DNA of 62,370 bases, the filler included. It is 6 parts of 6 records of this genome, joined end to end, with 100 filler letters (N's around TTAATTAATTAA, not from the genome) between each part and the next. Parts side by side here need not be neighbours in the genome. Positions count along the whole stretch, not along the records: positions 1 to 22,879 come from SRR2962707_4325; 5 more parts are not named here. One strand, given 5' to 3'. Below the pieces are notes generated by a model. That model saw nothing but the letters and a program-made list of their open reading frames with translations, did no database searches and was not told the DNA's origin. A program made the position numbers and the translations under genes. This document shows, in pieces, positions 10,801-18,113 of the stretch (position 1 is the stretch's first letter; each line of letters starts with the position of its first letter).

Positions 10801-11133
10801 GATGACGAAGGTGTCGTCCGCCGTCACCGTCAATCCGTCGCCCGGGAGCAGAATGCCGGTATCGCCCTGGTCGCCGCTGCAGGTGTAGGTCGTGGGCGAA
10901 CCGTCCTGCACGCAGGCGGCAGGCGTGGCTGCGGCGCCGGAAATGCCGAACGCCATCACGGAAGTCGACGAGAGAAGCGCCGCAGCGAAAAGCCGCTTCA
11001 GTCCCTTCGCCGCCCCGGCGTCGCCGGACGTCTCGGTGATCGTCGCGCCGTAATAGCCATAGGCGCTATTGTTGATTTTCTCGGCGATGCCTGCGGCCCT
11101 CGCCGCTTTTGTCAGCCTGGCTTCGGACGTCAT
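7894..11133 (-). CDS. Autotransporter (type Va) with beta-helical passenger
   Basis: Extended signal peptide, N-terminal Cys pair, repeated N-x-G-x-I-x-T-x-G-D-x-S units, C-terminal barrel (LWGRVGG...DGYTETG...) ending in F. Confidence 0.92.
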   Translation of the reverse strand: MTSEARLTKAARAAGIAEKINNSAYGYYGATITETSGDAGAAKGLKRLFAAALLSSTSVMAFGISGAAATPAACVQDGSPTTYTCSGDQGDTGILLPGDGLTVTADDTFVIEKTGQAFSIGAQRGIAVSGDGSTFNNYGSVSTNVTPSHYTYGRHDAISVTGMTGTSRVENKEGGYASTTGDESFGLYAFSGEVAQAVNAGTVVTTGDNSNAVVSRGGTSALAENSGSITTEGDSAAGMYAFGSTAIATNTGTIYVEGQSSAGIALAGDTVTGTNNGTIEVSGDYSVAMTGNSYGLATTNLVNNNTITVTSEYSAAILGVGPTVNITNAEDAAISSGASGIAVVVGGATSGTITNAGIITGDVNGGGDRLPIGRKARAASGMTVENTGTIVGTIDFAYATGTTVNNNGGGVGDGSNAIMVGYGENTVTISGEGNDINGTISARSVASLPMGFAALDVEPEPDSTINFRQTDTLTLNGGRLGDELLLLSREPRSAIVNFQTVNFFDGVTEFSSSTITRVGDGDRADVNIYGGATVRANGRVTFDVETLRIGAVEEAEFERHAIIVPEVATLSVAADSFIQVSGDVTFAAGGRFTVGIDESSQPEENVVQNVVERVGTFTNGFLYGGRITFEEGSQIYADVTRGIELTDGARLEIAGATSDGGIRDYGVSVYDNTTLFDFSHEVDTDTDSLYLIVERVLTAAQATINGGGRPNAKEVAAALDRFIENAPVDNPIVVYLSQFPVEDQEEQLYKLVQDSLPSETNSDGSSTVTSTDMVLDLVMDRLAGGATGVANAGGDSGVSAGDQALGGDYDLALWGRVGGSTAEYTPDGLNGFDSDTFAASLGIDGEFAPNLRIGVAAFYSNTSVDENGAGANSSQDIEGYGALIYGSYRPGDYYVNATLGYGFNNYESTRVALGGANIADYDGTQIMARAEAGKILDYGNWEVTPHAGIRFNQVSIDGYTETGPLPTTVSGQDLTSVRGVLGVGARYTHEMENGAKLIPEFHLRGIEELADPNEAITGSVVGGGTFVSQSEGRDRFSLGAGAGLTYEMDDKVTLRLLYDGEFQSDYQEHGLTAAIRIAF

Positions 11134-11209
11134 CGCATTCCCCACTCTGTATGTGCCACCCTGCGGTGCCGCGCGCCATTCGTCACGCGCCGCAACCGCT
11201 TGCAAGTTC

Positions 11210-11254
11210 GGCTTAGGGAATCCGGTAAACACCGCCAATCACCCGAAATGGTGA
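11210..11254 (-). promoter_or_regulatory. Candidate activator box plus -10 element for the autotransporter
   Basis: 16-bp inverted repeat TCACC-CGAAAT-GGTGA (11239-11254) centred 31.5 bp upstream of minus-strand TAAGCC (11215-11210). Confidence 0.45.
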
Positions 11255-11316
11255 GCGAAGCCGGAGTCGCAGGGGATTCCGGCGGATTCGGCGCTGAGGA
11301 AAAATATGAAACTTGG

Positions 11317-12414
11317 TTAAATCGTGCCGTGCGTTCGCACAGCAGCGGGTTTGTCCGCTTCGTCCCAGTCCTCGATGGTGATGAGAGACTGGATCGTCGG
11401 GTCGAGAAGTCCTGTTGCCATCGGGTTTTTGACGCCGGGCAGCGTAAAGACGTCGAACAGTTCGCGAATTTCGCCCGTAAACCGGATCCATTGCACCACA
11501 TCGCCGCTGCGCGTATCGATCACCTGCACGCCGCACCAGGGTTCCGCGTCCCGCTTCTCCAGTTCGCCGTCGAGTTCGAGCCCGGAAAAACTGCCGTCTC
11601 GCGGCAGCGACAGGCCGACAAAGGCAAACGGCCCGTGAAACGCAAGCCCGCGCAAAAAGCCCGGCAGGAAGGCAATCGTTTCCGTCTCGCCGCTCTTTTC
11701 GTCGACCGTGCAAAGCCGCCCGCGGCCCGAATCGAGCACCCAGAGCTTGCCGTCATGCAGCCGCGGCGAATGCGGCATCGAAAGTTTCTGCGTCACGATC
11801 TCGTTGGTCTTGACGTCGATGATGCAGCCGCCTTCCGCGCGCCGGTCGCGCCACCCCGTCACCACGTCGCTCCGGCACACGGCGGTGACATAGCGCGCCT
11901 CGCCGTCCTGCATCGCCAAGCCATTGAGATGGCAGCGATCTTCCGGTGCGAGACGCGAGATGAAAGGCGGCTTCCAGATCGGTTTGAAGCTGTGCGTCGT
12001 GCTCGGCGTCGCAAGGCAGGAATACTTCGTATTGACGAAGATGACCCGGCCCGATTTCTCGACGCCGACATCGTGAATGTCGATATCGCCGGTCGTCTGG
12101 GCGTTGCGCGGCACGTAGTTGCGGTCGAATTCGCCCTGCGTCTGGCCGGGCTGCAACACGTTTTCCAGCCGCCATATCTGGTAGTGATTGGCGAGGAAAA
12201 TCCGCTGCGGCGTCGCGGAAACGCCCATCGCACGCACGAAATGGCGCTCGTGAAAGCTCAACACGCCATTTGCCTGATGCCCGACGAGATAAAGCCGTCC
12301 CGATTGATACGATGTCAGCCCGAAGCTCACATTGTTCTGCGCGAGCCAGTTCGAAAAGTCCCGTGAACAGGAAATCTGCGTGCTGGCCTTTGGTTTTTCC
12401 TGCGTCTCCGTCAT
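11317..12414 (-). CDS. TIGR03032 / DUF4915 family protein
   Basis: Motifs TSYQSGRL, TGDIDIHD, FVNTKYSCL, SFKPIWKPPFISRLAPEDRCHLNGLA, LSMPHSPR, PGFLRGL, VGLS match my recollection of this family. Confidence 0.9.
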   Translation of the reverse strand: MTETQEKPKASTQISCSRDFSNWLAQNNVSFGLTSYQSGRLYLVGHQANGVLSFHERHFVRAMGVSATPQRIFLANHYQIWRLENVLQPGQTQGEFDRNYVPRNAQTTGDIDIHDVGVEKSGRVIFVNTKYSCLATPSTTHSFKPIWKPPFISRLAPEDRCHLNGLAMQDGEARYVTAVCRSDVVTGWRDRRAEGGCIIDVKTNEIVTQKLSMPHSPRLHDGKLWVLDSGRGRLCTVDEKSGETETIAFLPGFLRGLAFHGPFAFVGLSLPRDGSFSGLELDGELEKRDAEPWCGVQVIDTRSGDVVQWIRFTGEIRELFDVFTLPGVKNPMATGLLDPTIQSLITIEDWDEADKPAAVRTHGTI

Positions 12415-12606
12415 GACGTCCCGCCTGATTTCGATGGGCCGACTAGACATAAAGCGTCGTCTTATGGCAACGCTTTTTTGTCCGGCAAGTGTCGCGCGCC
12501 GATGATCCGATAACGGAATTTTCGTCGTTGATATGCCGTGCCACTGGACCGCGCGCCAAAAGCTCGTGCAGTATGCGCGCGTCTGGCGTGTAAAGGGGAG
12601 GGGACA

Positions 12607-12882
12607 TTGACGACACTCACACAAGATGCAATCGGACGCCTGAAGGCGATCTCATCGGCGCATGCGATCCTTCTTGCGGGACTTCTCGTCGCCGCAGCGA
12701 TCCTTCTCTCATCGGCATTTCAGCCGCCCGCCGTCTACATGCCGAACCCGCAAGGCGGCATCTGGATCAGGACGGCTGAAGGGCTCTTCCTCTGCCGCGC
12801 CGCTCTCAACGAGCCTGCCCCGTGCTTCGATCTGCGCAGCGGCGCGACGATCGCCTACAACAAGCTGGAGCCCGTCCGTTGA
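12607..12882 (+). CDS. Small membrane-anchored hypothetical protein
   Basis: TTG start after GGGGAGGG; one hydrophobic helix; two Cys; stop overlaps the response regulator start (TTGA). Confidence 0.65.
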   Translation: MTTLTQDAIGRLKAISSAHAILLAGLLVAAAILLSSAFQPPAVYMPNPQGGIWIRTAEGLFLCRAALNEPAPCFDLRSGATIAYNKLEPVR

Positions 12883-13547
12883 GCGATCGCCGGATCGAAA
12901 TTGCCCTTGTCGACGACCACCGCATGTTTCTCGACGGTCTGTCGGAGGTCATCAATTCGCTCGATCCTGCCTATGTCTGCACTGCGTTTGCTTCGCCGCG
13001 CGATGCCATCGCCACCATCGAACAGGGCCGCGAGTACGACCTCATCGTTTCCGATCTCGTGATGGAAGAGATGAACGGCGTCGCCTTCATCCTCGCGCTG
13101 CAGGCACGGCGGTGCACGACGCCGGTGCTCGTCGTCTCCGGCATCGACACGCTGCCGCCCGTCGAGAAGGTGCTGCGTCTCGGCGCGCTCGGCTTCGTGC
13201 CGAAGTCCGCGCCCACCGGCATGCTCGGCGAGGCGATCCGCGCGGCGCTCAGGGGAGAAATTTTCCTGCCGCCTGATCTCTGGACCGTCATCGAGGACAA
13301 TCCGAAATCGCCGCGCGTTGCCGCCAACGGCCCCGCGCCCGGCCTCGACGACGAACTTCTCGGCCCGCGCCAGATCGAGGTGTTGCGCCTGATGGCGGAA
13401 GGTTATTCGAACAGGCGCATCTCCGAAGTGCTCGATATCAGCGAGAACACGGTCAAGACGCATATCAAGCAGATATTTCGCCGCCTCAATGTCGCGCGGC
13501 GCACGGCCTGCGTCAGCAAGGCGCGCGCCATCGGCCTGCTGGACTAG
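12879..13547 (+). CDS. NarL/FixJ-family response regulator (REC + LuxR HTH)
   Basis: LVDDH, SDLVM, GFVPK, then RQIEVLRLMAEGYSNRRIS...ISENTVKTH. Confidence 0.95.
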   Translation: MSDRRIEIALVDDHRMFLDGLSEVINSLDPAYVCTAFASPRDAIATIEQGREYDLIVSDLVMEEMNGVAFILALQARRCTTPVLVVSGIDTLPPVEKVLRLGALGFVPKSAPTGMLGEAIRAALRGEIFLPPDLWTVIEDNPKSPRVAANGPAPGLDDELLGPRQIEVLRLMAEGYSNRRISEVLDISENTVKTHIKQIFRRLNVARRTACVSKARAIGLLD

Positions 13548-15322
13548 ACGGGCTCCGCCGCGGCTTTTTCTTTCGCGATCTCGCCGAGCAGGCGGTGCAG
13601 CAGTTCCGGCTCAACCGGCTTGTGCAGGATGCGCAAGGTTCTGTCCTGATCCGCCTCCGCCGAAATGTCGCCGGTCATCATGATCGTGCGCACATCTTCG
13701 TTCAGCTCTTCCCGCAGCCGCTCGATCACGCCAAGCCCCGTTTCGTCTTTACCAAGCCGCTGGTCGACGATGAGCACGTCCGGCACGAGGTCCATCCGGT
13801 CGAGAAGCCCGATGGCGTCGCCGCCGGAGCCCGCCGACAGCACTTCGCAGCCCCAGCTCGACAACACCGTCGACATGCCGCTGCGGATTGCGTCCTCGTC
13901 GTCGACGATGAGAACGCAGAGCGCGCTCACTTTCGATTGCGGCGCCGGCGCGTGCGCGGTCTCGCCGCCGGTGCTTTCCTCCGCTCCCGCCACGGCCGGT
14001 GCAAAAAGCGCGAAGCGCGTTCCCTTGCCGGGTTCCGATGCAAGCGTGAGCCGGATGTCGAGAAGTTCCGCAAGCCGCCGCACGATCGAAAGCCCGAGCC
14101 CGAGGCCCTTCTCCCGGTTTCGCTCGCGATTGCCGAGTTGTACATACTCGTCGAACACCACCTTCTGCTGCGCCGCTGGAATGCCGGCGCCCGTATCCGC
14201 GACCTCGATCTTGATGCCGCCTTCGTCTGGCAGCACGGCGAGCGAGACGCGCCCGCCTTCATTCGTGAACTTGATCGCATTCGAGATGAGGTTCCGCAGG
14301 ATGCGCCCGAAAAGGATCGGGTCCGTCCGCGCCATCGCCGTCTCCGCCGTCACCGAAATTGTAATCTTCTTCTCGCCCGCGGCGGCGGAGAACTCGTCGG
14401 CGATCCGCGCGACAAGCGCCGCGATGTCGATAAGGCGCAGGTCCGGCACGATCGCGCCCGCGTCGAGCCGCGACACGTCGATCAGCCCGTCGAGCAGGTT
14501 GCCGAGCCCCCGCCAGCTCGCCTCGATCTTGGCAATAAGGTCGAGCTGCTGCGGTTCCTTCGTCTTCTCGCGCAGCGCCGCGAGAAAGAAGCCTTGTGCA
14601 TGCAGCGGCTGTGCGAGGTCGTGGCTGGTCGCGGCGAGGAAGCGCGTCTTCTCCTCGCTCACCTTCTGCAGCGCGTCGCGCTGCTTGCGCAGTTCCTGCA
14701 TCAGCGCCTGGTTCTGCTGCACGGCGAGGGTGTCCCGCGTCGCGATTTCGACGCGCGCACTCGACGACATGAAGAACGCATAGGCAAACAGCGCGCCGAC
14801 ACCGACCGCGTTGAGCGGCCATTCGGCGGCGAAGAAGATGTAGCCCGCATAAGGCAGCAGCGCGCAGCTCGCGAGCCCGACATAGGAGCGCCGATAGGCC
14901 GATTGCGGCGATATGCCCCCAAGCGTCAGGCTGAGAAGCATGATGCCGGTCGAATAGATGCTGATGTCTGAAGCGGGGTCCGCCAGCCAGATCGCGCCGA
15001 ACCCCCACACAAGCCCCGTCGCCGCCGCCGTCGCCGTGTGCCAGAAGAGATAGTCGCGTGCAGTGGCAAGCGTCAGCCCGCGCTTCTCGAAGACGGCCGG
15101 CTGCATCAGCGTAGCGCCGATCATCGCCGCCGCCGCCGCCGCCCAGAGCGCGATATGGAGAAGGGGTGCCGTAAAGGTCAGGATCACCGCATAAAGCGAA
15201 AGCAGCACGAAAACGGAAAGCGCCGAACTCGGCGCGCGCTCCTTCAGAAGCAGCGCGCGCTTCAGGTCCAGCGTCTCCGGCGAAAGCCGCAGCTGCTCGA
15301 TGTTCGATTGTCGTTCCGCCAC
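13544..15322 (-). CDS. Membrane-bound hybrid sensor histidine kinase (HisKA, HATPase, REC)
   Basis: About six TM segments; FLAATSHDLAQP H-box, NLISNAIKFT, DTGAGI, GLGLGL; C-terminal IVDDE/VDQRL/HKP; GTG start after GAGGGG. Confidence 0.93.
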   Translation of the reverse strand: MAERQSNIEQLRLSPETLDLKRALLLKERAPSSALSVFVLLSLYAVILTFTAPLLHIALWAAAAAAMIGATLMQPAVFEKRGLTLATARDYLFWHTATAAATGLVWGFGAIWLADPASDISIYSTGIMLLSLTLGGISPQSAYRRSYVGLASCALLPYAGYIFFAAEWPLNAVGVGALFAYAFFMSSSARVEIATRDTLAVQQNQALMQELRKQRDALQKVSEEKTRFLAATSHDLAQPLHAQGFFLAALREKTKEPQQLDLIAKIEASWRGLGNLLDGLIDVSRLDAGAIVPDLRLIDIAALVARIADEFSAAAGEKKITISVTAETAMARTDPILFGRILRNLISNAIKFTNEGGRVSLAVLPDEGGIKIEVADTGAGIPAAQQKVVFDEYVQLGNRERNREKGLGLGLSIVRRLAELLDIRLTLASEPGKGTRFALFAPAVAGAEESTGGETAHAPAPQSKVSALCVLIVDDEDAIRSGMSTVLSSWGCEVLSAGSGGDAIGLLDRMDLVPDVLIVDQRLGKDETGLGVIERLREELNEDVRTIMMTGDISAEADQDRTLRILHKPVEPELLHRLLGEIAKEKAAAEPV

Positions 15323-15389
15323 TGCCCCTCGCCCTCCTGCCGCGGAGCCGATCTTGGCCGGGTTCCCCCCGCGCCGCAAATTTCCCATG

Positions 15390-15494
15390 AAAAAACCCTC
15401 CCGGCTTTCGCCGGGAGGGTGAGATGTCGGGCCCGCTCGGGGGGGGGGAGGGAGGGATGGGCCCGTGCCATCTGAGGGAACAATCGAGAGATGG
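15390..15494 (-). ncRNA. Candidate small RNA with C-rich loops and intrinsic terminator (5' end uncertain)
   Basis: Minus strand: CCATCT[CTCGATTGTTCCCTC]AGATGG, CGGGCCC[ATCCCTCCCTC10GAGC]GGGCCCG, ACCCTCCCGGC-GAAA-GCCGGGAGGGT-TTTTT. Confidence 0.55.
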
Positions 15495-15766
15495 GAACGC
15501 CTCCCGCTCCCGCCAAGATGCCTCCCCTGCGGCGGGAGGTCGCGGGGGTCCGTTCCGGTCGCGTTCTGTGAAATTTGGGTGGACTTGCCCCCGCCCCGGA
15601 TTTGCGAAGATGTTAACACTCCGCATTCCTGCCCGCCGCTTTCGCGTGCGGGATAACTCACCGGAAAGAGTCCCGGAAGAGGTTAAGTGACGTTTCAATG
15701 ACAGTTCGGTGACAGCGGGCCTCATTTATCCCCGAATCGGGGATAAACCCTGTCTTTCGGGGCGTG

Positions 15767-15794
15767 AAAAAGGGGCGGGCAAAGGCCCGCCCCT
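15767..15794 (-). terminator. Intrinsic terminator of the aminotransferase gene
   Basis: GGGGCGGGC-CTTT-GCCCGCCCC followed by TTTTT on the minus strand. Confidence 0.85.
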
Positions 15795-15821
15795 CGTCAT
15801 TTAATCTGCCTACGGATTTAT

Positions 15822-17147
15822 TCACGAAACCTTGTCGAGCGTCCGGCGGAACTTGTCGAACGCTTCTTCGAGGTGCTTTTCTTCCGCGATCAGCGGCGGC
15901 GAAAAGGCGATGGTGTCGCCGGAAACACGGACCATCATGTTCTCTTCGTGGAAGGCAACGCGCATGGCGTCGAAGCCGCGTTTGCCCGGCAGCCCTTCGA
16001 CGGGCGCAAGGTCGAACGCTGCCACGAAACCGATGGTGCGGATGTCCTGCACGAGACCGTGATCCTTGAGCCCCATCGCGGCGGCCGCCATCTTCGGCTC
16101 CATCTCCTTCGCGCGCTCGAACAGCCCCTCGTCGCGGTAGAGGTCGAGCGTTGCAAGCGCCGCGGCGGCGGCAAGCGGATGGCCGGAATAAGTGTAGCCG
16201 TGGAAGAGGTCGATCGCGTGGTCGGGGCCCGTCTGATAGGCCTCGTAGATATGCTTGCGCACGACGCAGCCGCCCATCGGCACGGTGCCCGACGTGATGC
16301 CCTTCGCAAACGTCATGATGTCCGGCGTCACGCCGAAGCGTTCCGCCGCCGTCGCGTGCCCGAGCCGTCCGAAGCCCGTGATGACCTCGTCGAAAATCAA
16401 AAGGATGCCGTGTTTATCGCACAATTCGCGCAGCCGCTTGAGGTAGCCCTTGGGCGGCGGCAGCACGCCGGTCGAGCCCGCCATCGGTTCGACGATGACG
16501 GCCGCGATGGTCGACGCATCGTGCAGTTCGACCATGCGCTGCAATTCGTCGGCGAGATGTGCGCCCCATTCCGGCTCGCCTACCGTGAAGGCCTGCTCGG
16601 CGCGGTTATAGGTGTGGGGCAGGTGGTCCGTGCCCGCCAGCAGCGGTCCGTAGAACTTCCGGTTCGCGACCATGCCGCCCACCGAAATGCCGCCAAAGCC
16701 GACGCCGTGATAGCCGCGCTCGCGGCCGATGAGGCGCGTGCGTGTGCCCTCGCCATTGGCGCGGTGATAGGCAATCGCCATCTTGAGCGCCGAGTCGGCC
16801 GCTTCCGATCCCGAGTTGCAAAAGAACACATGGTCGAGGTCGCCCGGCGCGAGCGTCGCGATCCGGCTCGCAAGCTCGAACACCTTGGGATGCGCGAACT
16901 GGAACGAGGGTGCGAAGTCGAGCTCGCCCGCCTGCTCCTGGATCGCCCTGACGATCGGCTCCCGGCAATGCCCGGCATTGGAACACCACAGCCCCGCCGT
17001 CGCGTCGAGCACCGCCGTCCCGTCCGGCTTGTAGTAATACATGTCCTTCGCCCGCGACACGATGCGCGGCTCCCGCTTGAACTGGCGGTTCGGGGTAAAA
17101 GGCAACCAGAAGGATTCAAGATCATTCGGCGTCGTGTCCGCGCTCAT
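15822..17147 (-). CDS. Class III aminotransferase (omega-amino acid / beta-alanine-pyruvate type)
   Basis: FWLPFTPNRQFK, NSGSEA, GYHG, FDEVITGFGRLG, FAKG, HGYTYSGHP. Confidence 0.93.
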   Translation of the reverse strand: MSADTTPNDLESFWLPFTPNRQFKREPRIVSRAKDMYYYKPDGTAVLDATAGLWCSNAGHCREPIVRAIQEQAGELDFAPSFQFAHPKVFELASRIATLAPGDLDHVFFCNSGSEAADSALKMAIAYHRANGEGTRTRLIGRERGYHGVGFGGISVGGMVANRKFYGPLLAGTDHLPHTYNRAEQAFTVGEPEWGAHLADELQRMVELHDASTIAAVIVEPMAGSTGVLPPPKGYLKRLRELCDKHGILLIFDEVITGFGRLGHATAAERFGVTPDIMTFAKGITSGTVPMGGCVVRKHIYEAYQTGPDHAIDLFHGYTYSGHPLAAAAALATLDLYRDEGLFERAKEMEPKMAAAAMGLKDHGLVQDIRTIGFVAAFDLAPVEGLPGKRGFDAMRVAFHEENMMVRVSGDTIAFSPPLIAEEKHLEEAFDKFRRTLDKVS

Positions 17148-17250
17148 CGGTCTCTCCGTTTAAAACTTTATGCGATTGAAAATCCGCAAAGCCCGGAAAG
17201 CAAGCATTCTCCTGCGTGACTCTGCAAAAGCCGTTTAGTATTCTAGACAA

Positions 17251-17865
17251 ATGGCAGGGGATTTCAGGCGCGCGCATAGCACCGTGCAGGACACCGGAGC
17301 AGGCGGGGAAGAGGCAGACGGGCAGGATCTCGGTGTCCGTCTTCGCGAATTGCGCAAGATGTATGGGCTCTCGCAACGCGAGCTGGCGAAGCGCGCGGGC
17401 GTGACCAACGGCACGATCTCGCTGATCGAGCAGAGCCGCATCAGCCCCTCCATCGGCTCGCTGAAGAAGGTGCTGGGCGGCTTTCCGATTTCGATTGCGG
17501 ACTTCCTGACGCTCGACATGAGCCCGCGCGCGAAGGTGTTCTATCAGGCCAAGGAACTGCGCGAGATCGCAGGTGGGCCCGTCTCCTTCCGCCTCGTCGG
17601 ACGCGACACGCGCGACCGAGCGATCCAGATGATGCATGAGCGCTATGTGCCGGGCGCCGATACGGGCGAGGAGATGCTCTCCCATGGCGGCGAGGAATGC
17701 GGCATCGTCATCTCCGGCGTGCTGGAACTGACCGTCGGCGGCGAGGTCCGCCGCCTTGTCTCCGGTGACGCCTACTACTTCAACTCGCGTCTTCCCCACC
17801 GTTTCCAGAACCCCGGCACGGTAGACTGCGTCGTCGTCTCAGCCTGCACGCCACCGAGCTTCTGA
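17251..17865 (+). CDS. XRE-HTH + cupin transcriptional regulator (PuuR-like)
   Basis: LSQRELAKRAGVTNGTISLIEQ...SPSIGSL; cupin H.GEE...PHRF; divergent from the aminotransferase. Confidence 0.92.
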   Translation: MAGDFRRAHSTVQDTGAGGEEADGQDLGVRLRELRKMYGLSQRELAKRAGVTNGTISLIEQSRISPSIGSLKKVLGGFPISIADFLTLDMSPRAKVFYQAKELREIAGGPVSFRLVGRDTRDRAIQMMHERYVPGADTGEEMLSHGGEECGIVISGVLELTVGGEVRRLVSGDAYYFNSRLPHRFQNPGTVDCVVVSACTPPSF

Positions 17866-18113
17866 GGCCCTCGCCGTTCCATAACCGCTCCCCGAGAGTC
17901 GATCCGTAAACGGACGACTTGAAACTTATGGAACGTAACCGCGCGGCGAAGGAGAAAAATGCAGAAATGCACTTCCGCGCGCGCCGTTCCCGGCGAAATT
18001 AATTTTCCGTCAACCCTGCTTACCCATACACTGGTGCAGACGGTTCGCGCGTGGAAGACGGCTTGGGCCCGCGTGCCGGTCAACTGAAAATTCGGGATGC
18101 GAAAGGTCGCGTC

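Noticed and set aside
7603..12366. 664-aa and 669-aa plus-strand ORFs
   Set aside because: Shadows opposite the autotransporter and TIGR03032 genes; no recognisable domain
15323..15661. 113-aa N-terminal extension of the histidine kinase in the ORF track
   Set aside because: Low-complexity Pro/Gly translation running through a terminator; a GTG with RBS at 15322 is the better start
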